A DNA stretch of 63,582 bases, counting the filler, from Octopus bimaculoides (Eukaryota): NCBI RefSeq assembly GCF_001194135.2. It is 7 parts of 6 records of this genome, joined end to end, with 100 filler letters (N's around TTAATTAATTAA, not from the genome) between each part and the next. Parts side by side here need not be neighbours in the genome. Positions count along the whole stretch, not along the records: positions 22,519 to 39,274 come from NC_068996.1; 6 more parts are not named here. One strand, given 5' to 3'. A program made the position numbers and the translations under genes. The notes below the pieces were generated by a model. The model searched no databases. It was not told where the DNA came from and saw only the letters and a program-made list of their open reading frames with translations. This document shows positions 25,030-37,727 of the stretch, one piece after another (the stretch's first letter is position 1; every line of letters begins with the position of its first letter).

Positions 25030-26590
25030 TGTATGGATGAAGTGGTGATCCCCAAAGAATCAGTTGCAATGGACGGTTGAACGAATTATACTTCATTGAA
25101 AACCTTCCTGTTCCAAAGAAGGCGGTAGGATGATCTATACAATGGCCAGATCTGAGAACGGGATCTGTCCTTTATATAACAAGAGCTGTTCGACGTAACT
25201 CTACAAGTCAAGAAGTATGGATACTGGATGACTGCGTGCGTAAAGGCTTAGTCACATTGCAGGCATCTTCAACAGTCCCGGTTGACGGGATTTCCTTGCC
25301 TGCAGACTTTTTATCAAAATGGCAATGCCACCTGGTAGCACTGCTAGACTAGCAATTTCTAGAAGTTATCCATGGACGTCGAACCGAAAACCTTCCGCAA
25401 CAGAAGAGCCATTTGAATTTCATTAATGCCGAAAAGTTCCTCGACACTTTTGCCTGCCACTAATCTTCTATAGAACGCCAACGTGGAACTTCCACCTACC
25501 GCCTCGACCGAAAAGCAGTGCTGTGAACGCTTGACGATATTCCACATGCTAAGCTCCCTGTTATAGACTTTAGCTATGCCGATAACACGAGCTGTGGATA
25601 AAAGTGTGGGGAAAACGGCGACCACAACTGTTTGACATCAAGAAATCGCTGGACGTGCTGTAGCTTCGGTGCATATCCACAGGATGTTCAGTCCTCCAGG
25701 TTGTGCGTCTTGATAGAATATGGAACGCCTGGGTAGTGGAACACGCCCCCCCTTCCATAAATAGCGGAAGAGCAGACGCTCTCATCTGATCTCTCGTGTT
25801 CTTAGGCAAAACACATTGGTCAAGCGGTGACAGATGATGGCGGTAATGTAAGCGTTTGCTCCCTCTGCTCAACTTTTCGAGGAAACCTTACTCTCGGATC
25901 ATTCATGGACGAAACTGACCACCCTTTTGTCATCTCATTCCGTTTCTCCATCTGGAGATTTTGACCAAGCTAGACTGTAGAAATTCAAATGATCCGTCTG
26001 TTTAGCACCTCACGATAATTCTGGACGACATGGACGTACTTCCTCAGATGTCGAGCTGCAGGCGCACTAATATTTAACGATTGGTTTAAGTTGATCAAGT
26101 CCCATCCATATAAATTCCTATCCCTCTTTATGATGAATCGTATTAGATTAAAATTGTCGTAGACAAACGTCTTCTTATTGTCAGATGTCAGCGCGTCACT
26201 AAAATTGACCCCTGACGGCAAGCAACAAGTGATAAGCAGCAACTTCCACGTTATCACATTGGCCAAAGTATTGGTATCTGTTTAGTAATGTTACAAGCAG
26301 AAAACCATTATGTATTCCCTTTGTTCGGACCCTTTTTTTTAGAAAGGTTACTGCTCCTTGGCTCACAGAATTGGGGCTTCTTCCCGTCCTGTTGCTAGTT
26401 GCAGTGGGTTTCTGACGAGAAGTCGCCGCGCACAAGTCTGACATAAGAGTATAAAGCTGTTAGAGTAGACCACTGAAACCAGGCACAGCTTCTTTCATCT
26501 TGCCACCCTACCCCGTCAACCCCAAAAATGAAAAATATTCGAGGAAATAGAACAAAGTGGGACTCAGTAATTTGTTACAAGTTTCCTTTC
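25030..26590 (-). mobile_element. L1-clade (Tx1-like) LINE ORF2 remnant with stops, frameshifts and an internal deletion
   Basis: Minus-strand pieces VSQGAVTFLKK..FLLVTLLN, YDNFNLIRFII..LINLNQS, LQMEK, VVSFVHE*SESKVSSKS*AEGANAYI, ERLLFRYLWKGGRVP, and a degenerate zinc knuckle C*RC...THAVIQYP. Confidence 0.8.
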
Positions 26591-26919
26591 CACCACACAC
26601 ATATACACACACAGACACACACACATACACTCCACCCATATAGTTGTCTAAATTAACGTGGTTCAAATTAGATTTTTTTTTTCTTCCTTGCATTTTATGC
26701 CTCCCCCCATTTTCCTTTCGTGCCTTCGTTTTGTTTTTGTTTATTCTTTGCTCTCAAAAGATTCGTAAATTGTTGAATAGTAAAAACCATCTGGATATGA
26801 AGTCACACTTTACTTCAAAACTTCATTATCTCCAACAGCAACAACAGCAAGAACATATTCGATACAATTTAGATTCAATGTGTGATGCGATGCTAGAGTA
26901 GGTTGGTTGTTGCTTGTAT

Positions 26920-27870
26920 TGATAGCGGTTCGGTGTGGTGATGGTAGTGGTGGGATTGCTGGTACACAAGTTAATCTTGGTGGTGATAATAGTGGTGGTG
27001 GTGGTGGTGGTGATGGCATTGGTGGTAATGGTACTAATGCTGAAGATACTGGTGGTGTTGCTATTGATCGTGACAGCGATTGCCGCAGTGATGATAGTAG
27101 TAATGGCTCTACGGATGGTGTTGGTGGTGGTGGTGGTGGTGGTGGTATTGGTAAGTGGGGGTTACTCGGCGCGTTATTCGCCGCCGTCATCGTTACAGTA
27201 TTGGTAGTAGTGGTGGTAAGATTTTTGGTTGTGGTGGTTGTGATAGCGTTGGTGTAGTATAAGCAGAGTTGCTGGTTATTGTTGCTTTTGTTACCATCGC
27301 CGTTGTCGTCGTCGTTGTTGTTGTTGTTGGTGGTGGTGTTGATGGTAGTAGTAGTAGTAGTAGTAGTAGTGGCGCTGGTTGGGACATCGTGTGTGTAGGT
27401 TGGTGTAATGATGACGAAAGAAGTGTCGGTGGTGATGGTTATGGTTACTATTGGTCGTGGTGCTGACGTTTGATGATGGTTGAGGCAATGACGTCATAGG
27501 TAATAGGTAGTGTAGTAGTGGTGGTGGTGGTTGTGGTAGGGGCATAGGTAGTGACTGATTGTGATGATGGTGTGGTGGTGACGACTGCAGCATCTGTGAT
27601 TGTAGTGGAGGCTTTTGGTGGCGGTGGTAGTGGTAGTGTTGGTTGGTGGTGGTGGTAGTGGTGGTGGTGGTGGTAGTGGTGATAGTGGTAGTGGTGGTGG
27701 TGGTAGTGGTGTTGGAGGTGGTGTTTCTGATTGTGGTGTTGGTGGTAGTGTAGTGTAGATGGTGATGATGCTGCTATTGGTGGCAGTAGGGTGTCGGTCA
27801 GATGTTAGTTGGTTCTAATGGTGATACTGGAGGTGGTAATGATAGTGGTGGTCGTGGCTTTCGTCGATAA
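26920..27870. repeat. About 1-kb (GGT/AGT/GAT)-rich low-complexity trinucleotide mosaic
   Basis: Directly visible. Confidence 0.85.
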
Positions 27871-28156
27871 TGATGAGCCGTGAAGGCTAAAATATTGCCG
27901 ATACCCTAGACCAAGACAGAAAAAAAAAAGCAGAGAAGGAATGAAATAAAAGTAAACAAAACTGTATGAAAGAAAGACGAAAAGGCAAGAACAAGAGACA
28001 TGAATCAGAAGTTTGATTAAATGAAGGTGTATAACAGGATAAAAGTCTGTTATCACCAAATGTAATTTGTAAATAAATAATGGTATCTATTTGCTCAGGG
28101 AATACACAGAGCAATTACTGTAGAGATTAAACACATGGATCAGGATATATATGTCT

Positions 28157-28190
<34 letters not shown>

Positions 28191-28299
28191 TGTATGTATG
28201 TATGTATGCATGTATGTATGTATGTATATATATATGCATGTATGTATGTATGTATGTGTGTGTGAGTGTGTGTGTGTGTGTGTGTGAGTGTGTGTGTGA

Positions 28300-28344
<45 letters not shown>

Positions 28345-28569
28345 NNNNNNNNNNNNNNNNNNNNNNNNNNNNNNNNNNNNNNNNNNNNNNNNNNNNNNNN
28401 NNNNNNNNNNNNNNNNNNNNNNNNNNNNNNNNNNNNNNNNNNNNNNNNNNNNNNNNNNNNNNNNNNNNNNNNNNNNNNNNNNNNNNNNNNNNNNNNNNNN
28501 NNNNNNNATAGACGTATGTGTGTAAGTAATATCCGAAATGTTTGGTTGGTATCATTCATTAATCGTACT

Positions 28570-28588
28570 GGAAGCAGCAGCAGCAGCG

Positions 28589-28647
<59 letters not shown>

Positions 28648-28688
28648 TGTTGTAGTAGTAGTAGTAGTAGTAGTAGCAGCAGCAGCAT
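28570..28688. repeat. (GCA)n/(GTA)n microsatellite
   Basis: Directly visible. Confidence 0.95.
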
Positions 28689-29514
28689 CTTCCCATGCTT
28701 CCTCAATTTTCTTAATCGACGAAAGTTAAAGCGATGATTAAAAACTCAAATTCTACACTTACATATGGAACACACACGCACGCACACACACACACACACA
28801 TACACACGCACGTTCACACAAGCATACATACACCCACGGCTGCAAATGTTTTGTACCCGGTTTCTCAACATAAAGGAATTCAATACCTATTTATATGTTT
28901 ATCTATTCCTGAAGAGATTCGACTGTCAAATAATCTTTAATTTAATTTAATTCATTTTCTGAGAGGCTGAACTGAAACAGCTATAAAGGATGTTTGTCAA
29001 TATTTTAATTAATAAATAATAGTTTAGTAATTACCTCTCTATTTTCTGATCTTATTATATACATACATACATATANNNNNNNNNNNNNNNNNNNNNNNNN
29101 NNNNNNNNNNNNNNNNNNNNNNNNNNNNNNNNNNNNNNNNNNNNNNNNNNNNNNNNNNNNNNNNNNNNNNNNNNNNNNNNNNNNNNNNNNNNNNNNNNNN
29201 NNNNNNNNNNNNNNNNNNNNNNNNNNNNNNNNNNNNNNNNNNNNNNNNNNNNNNNNNNNNNNNNNNNNNNNNNNNNNNNNNNNNNNNNNNNNNNNNNNNN
29301 NNNNNNNNNNNNNNNNNNNNNNNNNNNNNNNNNNNNNNNNNNNNNNNNNNNNNNNNNNNNNNNNNNNNNNNNNNNNNNNNNNNNNNNNNNNNNNNNNNNN
29401 NNNNNNNNNNNNNNNNNNNNNNNNNNNNNNNNNNNNNNNNNNNNNNNNNNNNNNNNNNNNNNNNNNNNNNNNNNNNNNNNNNNNNNNNNNNNNNNNNNNN
29501 NNNNNNNNNNNNNC

Positions 29515-29791
29515 ATTTTGCCGAATCGCTAAGTTACGGGGATGTAAACACACCACCATCGGTTGTCAAGCGATGTTGGAGGGACAAACACAGACACACA
29601 AACATATGCACACACATACATATATACACATATATACATATATACGACAGACTTCTTTCAGTTTCCGTCTACCAAATCCACTCAGAAGGCTTTGGTCGGC
29701 CCGAGGCTACAGTAGAAGACACTTGCCCAAGGTGCTACGCAGTGGGAATGAACCCGGAACCATGTGGTTGGTAAGCAAGCTACTTACCACA
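29515..29791 (-). mobile_element. SINE family A (partial, runs into a gap)
   Basis: Matches 1650-2061. Confidence 0.85.
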
Positions 29792-29835
29792 GGGAAAGGG
29801 AAGATGTTTCCCTCTATATGTTTGTAGCATACCGT

Positions 29836-29885
<50 letters not shown>

Positions 29886-29899
29886 ATCTGATAACCGGG

Positions 29900-30270
29900 T
29901 AACATTGATTTTACCGGCTCCACTCCCTCAGTTTGTGTGAGTGTGTGTGCGTGTCTGTGTCTCTGATGGACTCTCCCGTCGTTAGACAACGTATGAAGGT
30001 TCGATAATTTCTTACCAAACAACCACACAGATGATTTCTTTTTATAGTAATTAAATGTTTGTTTAGACATAAGCTCACTCCCTCCATCAGATCGACATTA
30101 TCTGTGCAGGTGCAACTGGGTGCCACATGTCAGACGTCGAAATGATCGCAGGGCAACGTGAAATGAATTGTTTTCCTCAAGAATTCAACGCAACGCCCGG
30201 TCTGGGAATCGAATCCACGATCTCTCAATCGTGACTGCAACACCCTAACCACTAAGCCGTGTGACTTCAC
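29900..30270 (-). mobile_element. SINE family C
   Basis: GGGCAACGTGAAATGAATTG...GGGAATCGAATCCACGAT...GCAACACCCTAACCACTAAGCC on +; the minus strand gives a tRNA-like head with A and B boxes. Confidence 0.75.
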
Positions 30271-30280
30271 AAAAGAAGTA

Positions 30281-30367
30281 CACTTGAAGAGACATTTGAA
30301 CCCGCGACCCTCAGATCACCTCTAACGATAACAAAGTCTAATGCTCTACCAGCTGAGCTATGCAGGC
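30281..30367 (-). pseudogene. tRNA-like pseudogene with a 14-nt insert at the 37/38 intron position; anticodon reads TTG but the body is Lys-like
   Basis: Minus strand: GCCTGCA TA GCTC AGCTGGTA GAGC A TTAGA CT TTG T [TATCGTTAGAGGTG] A TCTGA GGGTC GCGGG TTCAAAT GTCTC TTCAAGT G. D and anticodon stems pair; acceptor and T stems have mismatches. Confidence 0.7.
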
Positions 30368-30764
30368 GAATGACATATAATACATACGAACGCAAATGAG
30401 AATGAACTGTTCAATATTGTGCCCTATACTTATCACATTATATTGACCTCTAATGATTGATATGTGGAGCGAAGTTAGGAAACTATGTTGTAAAAGGACT
30501 TGGTAGAAATAGGATCTAATAGTTCTTCAAATGAAAAAAGAAATATCTTTGAATAGGAAGGGTAAAATGAAGGAGAATCTAGAGGCACCACATTATTGTA
30601 GTTTCGACTTTAAAGAGGCACCAAATTGGTACCCATGAATTACTGAAGCCTACTTTTCTAATTGGAGTTAAATGATTTACTGATCAATAATTAAGTAATG
30701 GATTGAAGTAAAAGAAGATAGAGGAGGATCAGTTAATTATGATTTTATTTAATATACGACCCCT

Positions 30765-30907
30765 CTCAGATTCACACACTTATTGCATGGCACCTCAGTC
30801 CTACTGCGTGGGTAAGTGTCTTCTGCTAGAGTCAAGGGCTGACCAAAGCCTCGTCAATGGAATTGGTAGACGGAAACTGAAAGAAGCTTGTCATATANNN
30901 NNNNNNN

Positions 30908-30946
<39 letters not shown>

Positions 30947-31140
30947 TGTCTTTGTGCCACTTGACAACCGGTGTTGGTGTGTTTACATACCCGTTAACTA
31001 ACGGTTCGGCAAAAGATGTCGATATACTAAGTACTAGTCCCCGCTCCAAAGTCCTGGGGTCGATTTGTTCGACTAAAAGCTGGTCATGGAGGTGCACAAG
31101 CATGACCAAAGTCAAATGACTGAATCAAGTAAAAGAATAA
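30765..31140 (+). mobile_element. SINE family A (diverged head)
   Basis: GGTAAGTGTCTTCTGCTA...GGTAGACGGAAACTGAAAGAAGC...CTTGACAACCGGTGTTGG...CAAATGACTGAATCAAGTAAAAG. Confidence 0.8.
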
Positions 31141-31164
31141 ACGAGTAAAAGAAATATATATATA

Positions 31165-31574
31165 TTCTTACTCTTTTATTCTTTTACTTATTTCAGTCAT
31201 TTGACTGTGGCCATGCTGGAGCACCGTCTTTGGTCGAGCAAATCGACCCTATGACTTATTCTTTGTAAGCCTAGTACTTAGTCTATCGGTCTCTTTTACC
31301 GAACCGCTAGGTTACGGGGACGTAAACACACCAGCATCGCTTGTCAAGCGATGTTGGGGGGACAAACACAGACACACAAACAGACATACATATATATACA
31401 TACATATATACGACGGGCTTCTTTCAGTTTCCGTCTACCAAATCCCCTCACAAGGCTTTGGTCGGCCCGAGGCTATAGTAGAAGACACTTGCCCAAGGTG
31501 TCACGCAGTGGGACTGAACCCGGAACCATGTGGTTGGTAAGCAAGCTACTTACCACACAGCCACTCCTGCGCCT
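31165..31574 (-). mobile_element. SINE family A (full length)
   Basis: Very close to 1650-2061. Confidence 0.9.
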
Positions 31575-32504
31575 ATATATAATATATATNNNNNNNNNNN
31601 NNNNNNNNNNNNNNNNNNNNNNNNNNNNNNNNNNNNNNNNNNNNNNNNNNNNNNNNNNNNNNNNNNNNNNNNNNNNNNNNNNNNNNNNNNNNNNNNNNNN
31701 NNNNNNNNNNNNNNNNNNNNNNNNNNNNNNNNNNNNNNNNNNNNNNNNNNNNNNNNNNNNNNNNNNNNNNNNNNNNNNNNNNNNNNNNNNNNNNNNNNNN
31801 NNNNNNNNNNNNNNNNNNNNNNNNNNNNNNNNNNNNNNNNNNNNNNNNNNNNNNNNNNNNNNNNNNNNNNNNNNNNNNNNNNNNNNNNNNNNNNNNNNNN
31901 NNNNNNNNNNNNNNNNNNNNNNNNNNNNNNNNNNNNNNNNNNNNNNNNNNNNNNNNNNNNNNNNNNNNNNNNNNNNNNNNNNNNNNNNNNNNNNNNNNNN
32001 NNNNNNNNNNNNNNNNNNNNNNNNNNNNNNNNNNNNNNNNNNNNNNNNNNNNNNNNNNNNNNNNNNNNNNNNNNNNNNNNNNNNNNNNNNNNNNNNNNNN
32101 NNNNNNNNNNNNNNNNNNNNNNNNNNNNNNNNNNNNNNNNNNNNNNNNNNNNNNNNNNNNNNNNNNNNNNNNNNNNNNNNNNNNNNNNNNNNNNNNNNNN
32201 NNNNNNNNNNNNNNNNNNNNNNNNNNNNNNNNNNNNNNNNNNNNNNNNNNNNNNNNNNNNNNNNNNNNNNNNNNNNNNNNNNNNNNNNNNNNNNNNNNNN
32301 NNNNNNNNNNNNNNNNNNNNNNNNNNNNNNNNNNNNNNNNNNNNNNNNNNNNNNNNNNNNNNNNNNNNNNNNNNNNNNNNNNNNNNNNNNNNNNNNNNNN
32401 NNNNNNNNNNNNNNNNNNNNNNNNNNNNNNNNNNNNNNNNNNNNNNNNNNNNNNNNNNNNNNNNNNNNNNNNNNNNNNNNNNNNNNNNTATATATATATG
32501 TATG

Positions 32505-32536
<32 letters not shown>

Positions 32537-33638
32537 CATGTATATATACACACAACCGTATCTCTCTCTCTTTCTCTCTCTATATATAGAGAGAATGAGA
32601 TAGATAGATAGATAGATAGATAGATATCACACATATATATGCATGTGTATAGATATATGTATGTATGGAAGCATAAATGCAGGTGTATGTATGGATATAT
32701 ATATAACTTAATTCGGTTATTCGAAATAACACTATCTGAACTACACCTCAGAAGTATGTATACTACGCCCTTTACCTCATAACGCCATTTTGATAAAGAA
32801 ATCAAAATAGTGGACTCAAGAGCTCCGCATAATAGTACCGTGAAACATCTGCGTTCAGCAAATTTCGAGTCGGATGATCACATTCACTTGTTTATACTCT
32901 AGTACTGTGATTGAGTTATATTTTTATGAACGTACATGTGCTCGAACGAGCGCATACATATTTACTTCTATATGTATGTATATATGTATGCATGCATGCA
33001 TGTATGTACATGCATATATATATCCATACATACATATATATAGATAGATATACATATACATACATACATACGTACATACATACATACATACATACATATA
33101 TGTGNNNNNNNNNNNNNNNNNNNNNNNNNNNNNNNNNNNNNNNNNNNNNNNNNNNNNNNNNNNNNNNNNNNNNNNNNNNNNNNNNNNNNNNNNNNNNNNN
33201 NNNNNNNNNNNNNNNNNNNNNNNNNNNNNNNNNNNNNNNNNNNNNNNNNNNNNNNNNNNNNNNNNNNNNNNNNNNNNNNNNNNNNNNNNNNNNNNNNNNN
33301 NNNNNNNNNNNNNNNNNNNNNNNNNNNNNNNNNNNNNNNNNNNNNNNNNNNNNNNNNNNNNNNNNNNNNNNNNNNNNNNNNNNNNNNNNNNNNNNNNNNN
33401 NNNNNNNNNNNNNNNNNNNNNNNNNNNNNNNNNNNNNNNNNNNNNNNNNNNNNNNNNNNNNATACGCGTAAGTGCATTGCTCTTCCGAACATAGACTCCG
33501 AAGATTCACAAACAGTCGACACAAATACCTTTTGGCAGATATGTAGGAGGAAACATAATTATTGATTTAAAGATGCAATATGTGTGTGAATGCATGTGCG
33601 CACGTTTATGTGTGTGTGTGTGTGTGTGTGTGTGTGAT

Positions 33639-33682
<44 letters not shown>

Positions 33683-33754
33683 GTATGCATCCATCAATGT
33701 ATGTATGTATATATAATTTTATATATAATTATATATATATATATGCGATGTATT

Positions 33755-33786
<32 letters not shown>

Positions 33787-33870
33787 GTATGTATGAGTGC
33801 GTGTGTGTTTGTGTGTCTGTATGATTATGTATATATATATTATTATTATGCATGTATCGATAAATGTATG

Positions 33871-33915
<45 letters not shown>

Positions 33916-34254
33916 ATATATATATATACACATAATTATATATAAATGTATTATTACGTCCCAATATATATGTGTATATATAGTATGTATATATCTATGT
34001 GTGCGCGTGCGTATTGCGTGTTCGTTGATGTGTCTGTAATGTACAGGTTTGGTAGGACAACAGAGTAAGAAGGCTTGGTAAGTCTAAAGAATATCCCAGC
34101 TCAGTAAGAGATCTTATTTACAATGCACATAAATATCACGGATTGTGTGAGTGAAATCCGTTCTGACGTGTTCTTATGGAGAATTCCACATCGTTCCCCC
34201 CAAACCTCACCGACTTCGCTTCTCTCCGCTACAACCATTACTACCACCAGCATC

Positions 34255-34291
34255 ATTAACTTCCACCACCACTACCACCATCACTACTACC

Positions 34292-34343
<52 letters not shown>

Positions 34344-34405
34344 TCACCACGACGACCACCATCAAAATGATGATCATCATGTACATCAGCATCAACAACA
34401 TCATA
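34255..34405. repeat. (CAC/CAA/CAT)n trinucleotide tract
   Basis: Directly visible. Confidence 0.9.
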
Positions 34406-34464
34406 AACCTCACTCCGGCTTTCAAGGGCAAGAAGAAAGTTCTTGCAAGACGAACCGTTCTCTT

Positions 34465-34524
34465 ACTCTCTTTCTTTCCTTCTTACTTTTTTTCTGTTTT
34501 TCTCTCTGTCTTTCTTTCTTTATT

Positions 34525-34580
<56 letters not shown>

Positions 34581-34581
34581 T

Positions 34582-34613
<32 letters not shown>

Positions 34614-34655
34614 TTTTTCTTTCTTTCTTTCTTTCTTTCTTTCGTTCTTTCCTTA
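34465..34655. repeat. (CTTT)n microsatellite
   Basis: Directly visible. Confidence 0.95.
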
Positions 34656-35105
34656 TTCATATGTTTGTGTTTGTTTGTGTCTTTCTTTCTCCCTTTTTCT
34701 CTCCTTTTTGCTCGCTCGCTTACTCTCGTTCAACCGAAAACCTTCAACTGCCTAAGAATCATTTGGAATTCATTTACCATCCATATGAGCGAACGTTTCT
34801 TTGCTTGTTTTTTTGTTTTTGTTTTTTATGTTTTTGTCTATATGCTCACATGAATGCAAGAAGTTACGCATGTGACTATACGTTTGTACCTATATACATT
34901 TATGCAGACACACACACATACACACACGCACATACACACACATAATATACATATGTATGTGTGTATCTCTTTATAGGTATTTGACTATATATGTATATAT
35001 TGTGTATATATCATATATATTTTAATACATATATAAATATTTATATATATATATACCTTCTATGTATTTGTATATAGCATATATATATTCATATATATAT
35101 GTGCG

Positions 35106-35150
<45 letters not shown>

Positions 35151-36187
35151 TTATATATATATATGTGCTTATTTATATATATATATATNNNNNNNNNNNN
35201 NNNNNNNNNNNNNNNNNNNNNNNNNNNNNNNNNNNNNNNNNNNNNNNNNNNNNNNNNNNNNNNNNNNNNNNNNNNNNNNNNNNNNNNNNNNNNNNNNNNN
35301 NNNNNNNNNNNNNNNNNNNNNNNNNNNNNNNNNNNNNNNNNNNNNNNNNNNNNNNNNNNNNNNNNNNNNNNNNNNNNNNNNNNNNNNNNNNNNNNNNNNN
35401 NNNNNNNNNNNNNNNNNNNNNNNNNNNNNNNNNNNNNNNNNNNNNNNNNNNNNNNNNNNNNNNNNNNNNNNNNNNNNNNNNNNNNNNNNNNNNNNNNNNN
35501 NNNNNNNNNNNNNNNNNNNNNNNNNNNNNNNNNNNNNNNNNNNNNNNNNNNNNNNNNNNNNNNNNNNNNNNNNNNNNNNNNNNNNNNNNNNNNNNNNNNN
35601 NNNNNNNNNNNNNNNNNNNNNNNNNNNNNNNNNNNNNNNNNNNNNNNNNNNNNNNNNNNNNNNNNNNNNNNNNNNNNNNNNNNNNNNNNNNNNNNNNNNN
35701 NNNNNNNNNNNNNNNNNNNNNNNNNNNNNNNNNNNNNNNNNNNNNNNNNNNNNNNNNNNNNNNNNNNNNNNNNNNNNNNNNNNNNNNNNNNNNNNNNNNN
35801 NNNNNNNNNNNNNNNNNNNNNNNNNNNNNNNNNNNNNNNNNNNNNNNNNNNNNNNNNNNNNNNNNNNNNNNNNNNNNNNNNNNNNNNNNNNNNNNNNNNN
35901 NNNNNNNNNNNNNNNNNNNNNNNNNNNNNNNNNNNNNNNNNNNNNNNNNNNNNNNNNNNNNNNNNNNNNNNNNNNNNNNNNNNNNNNNNNNNNNNNNNNN
36001 NNNNNNNNNNNNNNNNNNNNNNNNNNNNNNNNNNNNNNNNNNNNNNNNNNNNNNNNNNNNNNNNNNNNNNNNNNNNNNNNNNNNNNNNNNNNNNNNNNNN
36101 NNNNNNNNNNNNNNNNNNNNNNNNNNNNNNNNNNNNNNNNNNNNNNNNNNNNNNNNNNNNNNNNNNNNNNNNNNNNNNNNNNNNNNN

Positions 36188-36224
<37 letters not shown>

Positions 36225-36252
36225 CAGTAGTAGTTGTAGTAGTAGTAGTAGT

Positions 36253-36287
<35 letters not shown>

Positions 36288-36409
36288 TAGTAGTAGCAGC
36301 AGCAGCAGTAGTAGTAGTAGTAGTAGTAGCAGTAGTAGTAGTAGTAGTAGTAATAGTAGCAGTAGTAGTAGTAGTAGTAGAAGTAGTAGTAGAAGTAGTA
36401 GTAGTAGTG

Positions 36410-36481
<72 letters not shown>

Positions 36482-36510
36482 ATTATAAAACCAGCAGCAG
36501 CAGTAGCAGT
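36188..36510. repeat. (GTA)n/(GCA)n microsatellite
   Basis: Directly visible. Confidence 0.95.
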
Positions 36511-36686
36511 TGTAAGAATAATGGTATTAATGCGCGCCTACCATTTGCTCTTCGTTTGGTGTGATTCCCGGACGTGCAAACCTCCATGCAGCAGGTTATA
36601 TTGGCGGGGGTGCTGTCAACTAACATTAATGCATCATAATCTAGTTGTACAGAAGAAAATAGTAACAGCCCCCTCACACATACACA

Positions 36687-36724
<38 letters not shown>

Positions 36725-37081
36725 CACTTACACACGCATACACACTCCAACACATATACTCAAACACATAAATCGTAGTCTCATACTCACACACACACAA
36801 ATATCCTCTCTCACTCATACAAGGTGAATATCTCATGCGTGTTTGTGTGCGCGTCACTGTTTGTGTATATCGATATTAGAGGGAAAGAGAAAGAAAGCGA
36901 GAGACAGAGAGGCTGGAGACGGACAGACAGACAGACAAATAGACAGAAAGATGGAATGAGTGGCGGAAATGTATACAACAACAACAACAACAAAAGAAAT
37001 ATCTTGGTTTCAATGAAAGAAAAGTCAAGCTGATTGTTGAAAATATGTAGGATGTTCGAAGAGAAAAATACATAGGAAGAC

Positions 37082-37161
<80 letters not shown>

Positions 37162-37665
37162 GGAGGAGAAGACGTGAAGAGGGAGAGAACGAGCTAGTGA
37201 GCGAGAGAGAGAGAGAGAGAGAGTGAAAGGGAGCAACAGACAGTTAGACATCGTAAGAAGTATTATAAGAATTGCATTGAAAAGAAGACATACGCATATA
37301 AATGATATACAACCTTCTGTACACAGGTATGTATGTGTGCACATGGGTATATTCATATATATATATATATATATATATGTAAGTGTACACGCACACACAT
37401 ATACGTACATACACACGCACACATATTCACTCGGCTCCTCCTCTACCTTTATCTATGCTATTAGATATTAGAGTCTGAAATTTCAGGATATATACCTATC
37501 TATGAGGAATTACTACGAATTCTTGCTTTGCTGAATTTCCTGTTTTTTCTGCTTAATTTTTTTATACATATTTTATTAACACTCGTTTCTGTATAAACTA
37601 TTTTATAAATGCTTTGATGCCATTAACAAGCGTCTATTAGGCTTTTATTTTATTGTAAAATACAT

Positions 37666-37727
<62 letters not shown>

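Noticed and set aside
25985-26266. 93-aa ORF with a signal-peptide-like N-terminus
   Set aside because: Better explained as part of the Tx1/L1 reverse transcriptase remnant; it has a TTG start.
26907-27257. Gly-rich ORF with a hydrophobic C-terminus resembling a membrane or secreted protein
   Set aside because: It lies wholly in a GGT/GTN trinucleotide mosaic with a non-ATG start, and several frames on both strands are similarly open.
33465-33565. Protein-like short frame CIALPNIDSEDSQTVDTNTFWQICRRKHNY*
   Set aside because: Only about 30 codons next to a gap, with no recognisable homology; cannot be supported.
34123-34460. His/Gln-rich reading frame resembling a transcription-factor low-complexity region
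   Set aside because: Derived from a trinucleotide microsatellite that continues into (CTTT)n, with no exon boundaries.
35062-36778. 500-559 aa ORFs, and similar ORFs at 13234, 20255, 29005, 31351, 40149, 60606 and elsewhere
   Set aside because: They are open only because they run through N gaps and simple repeats.
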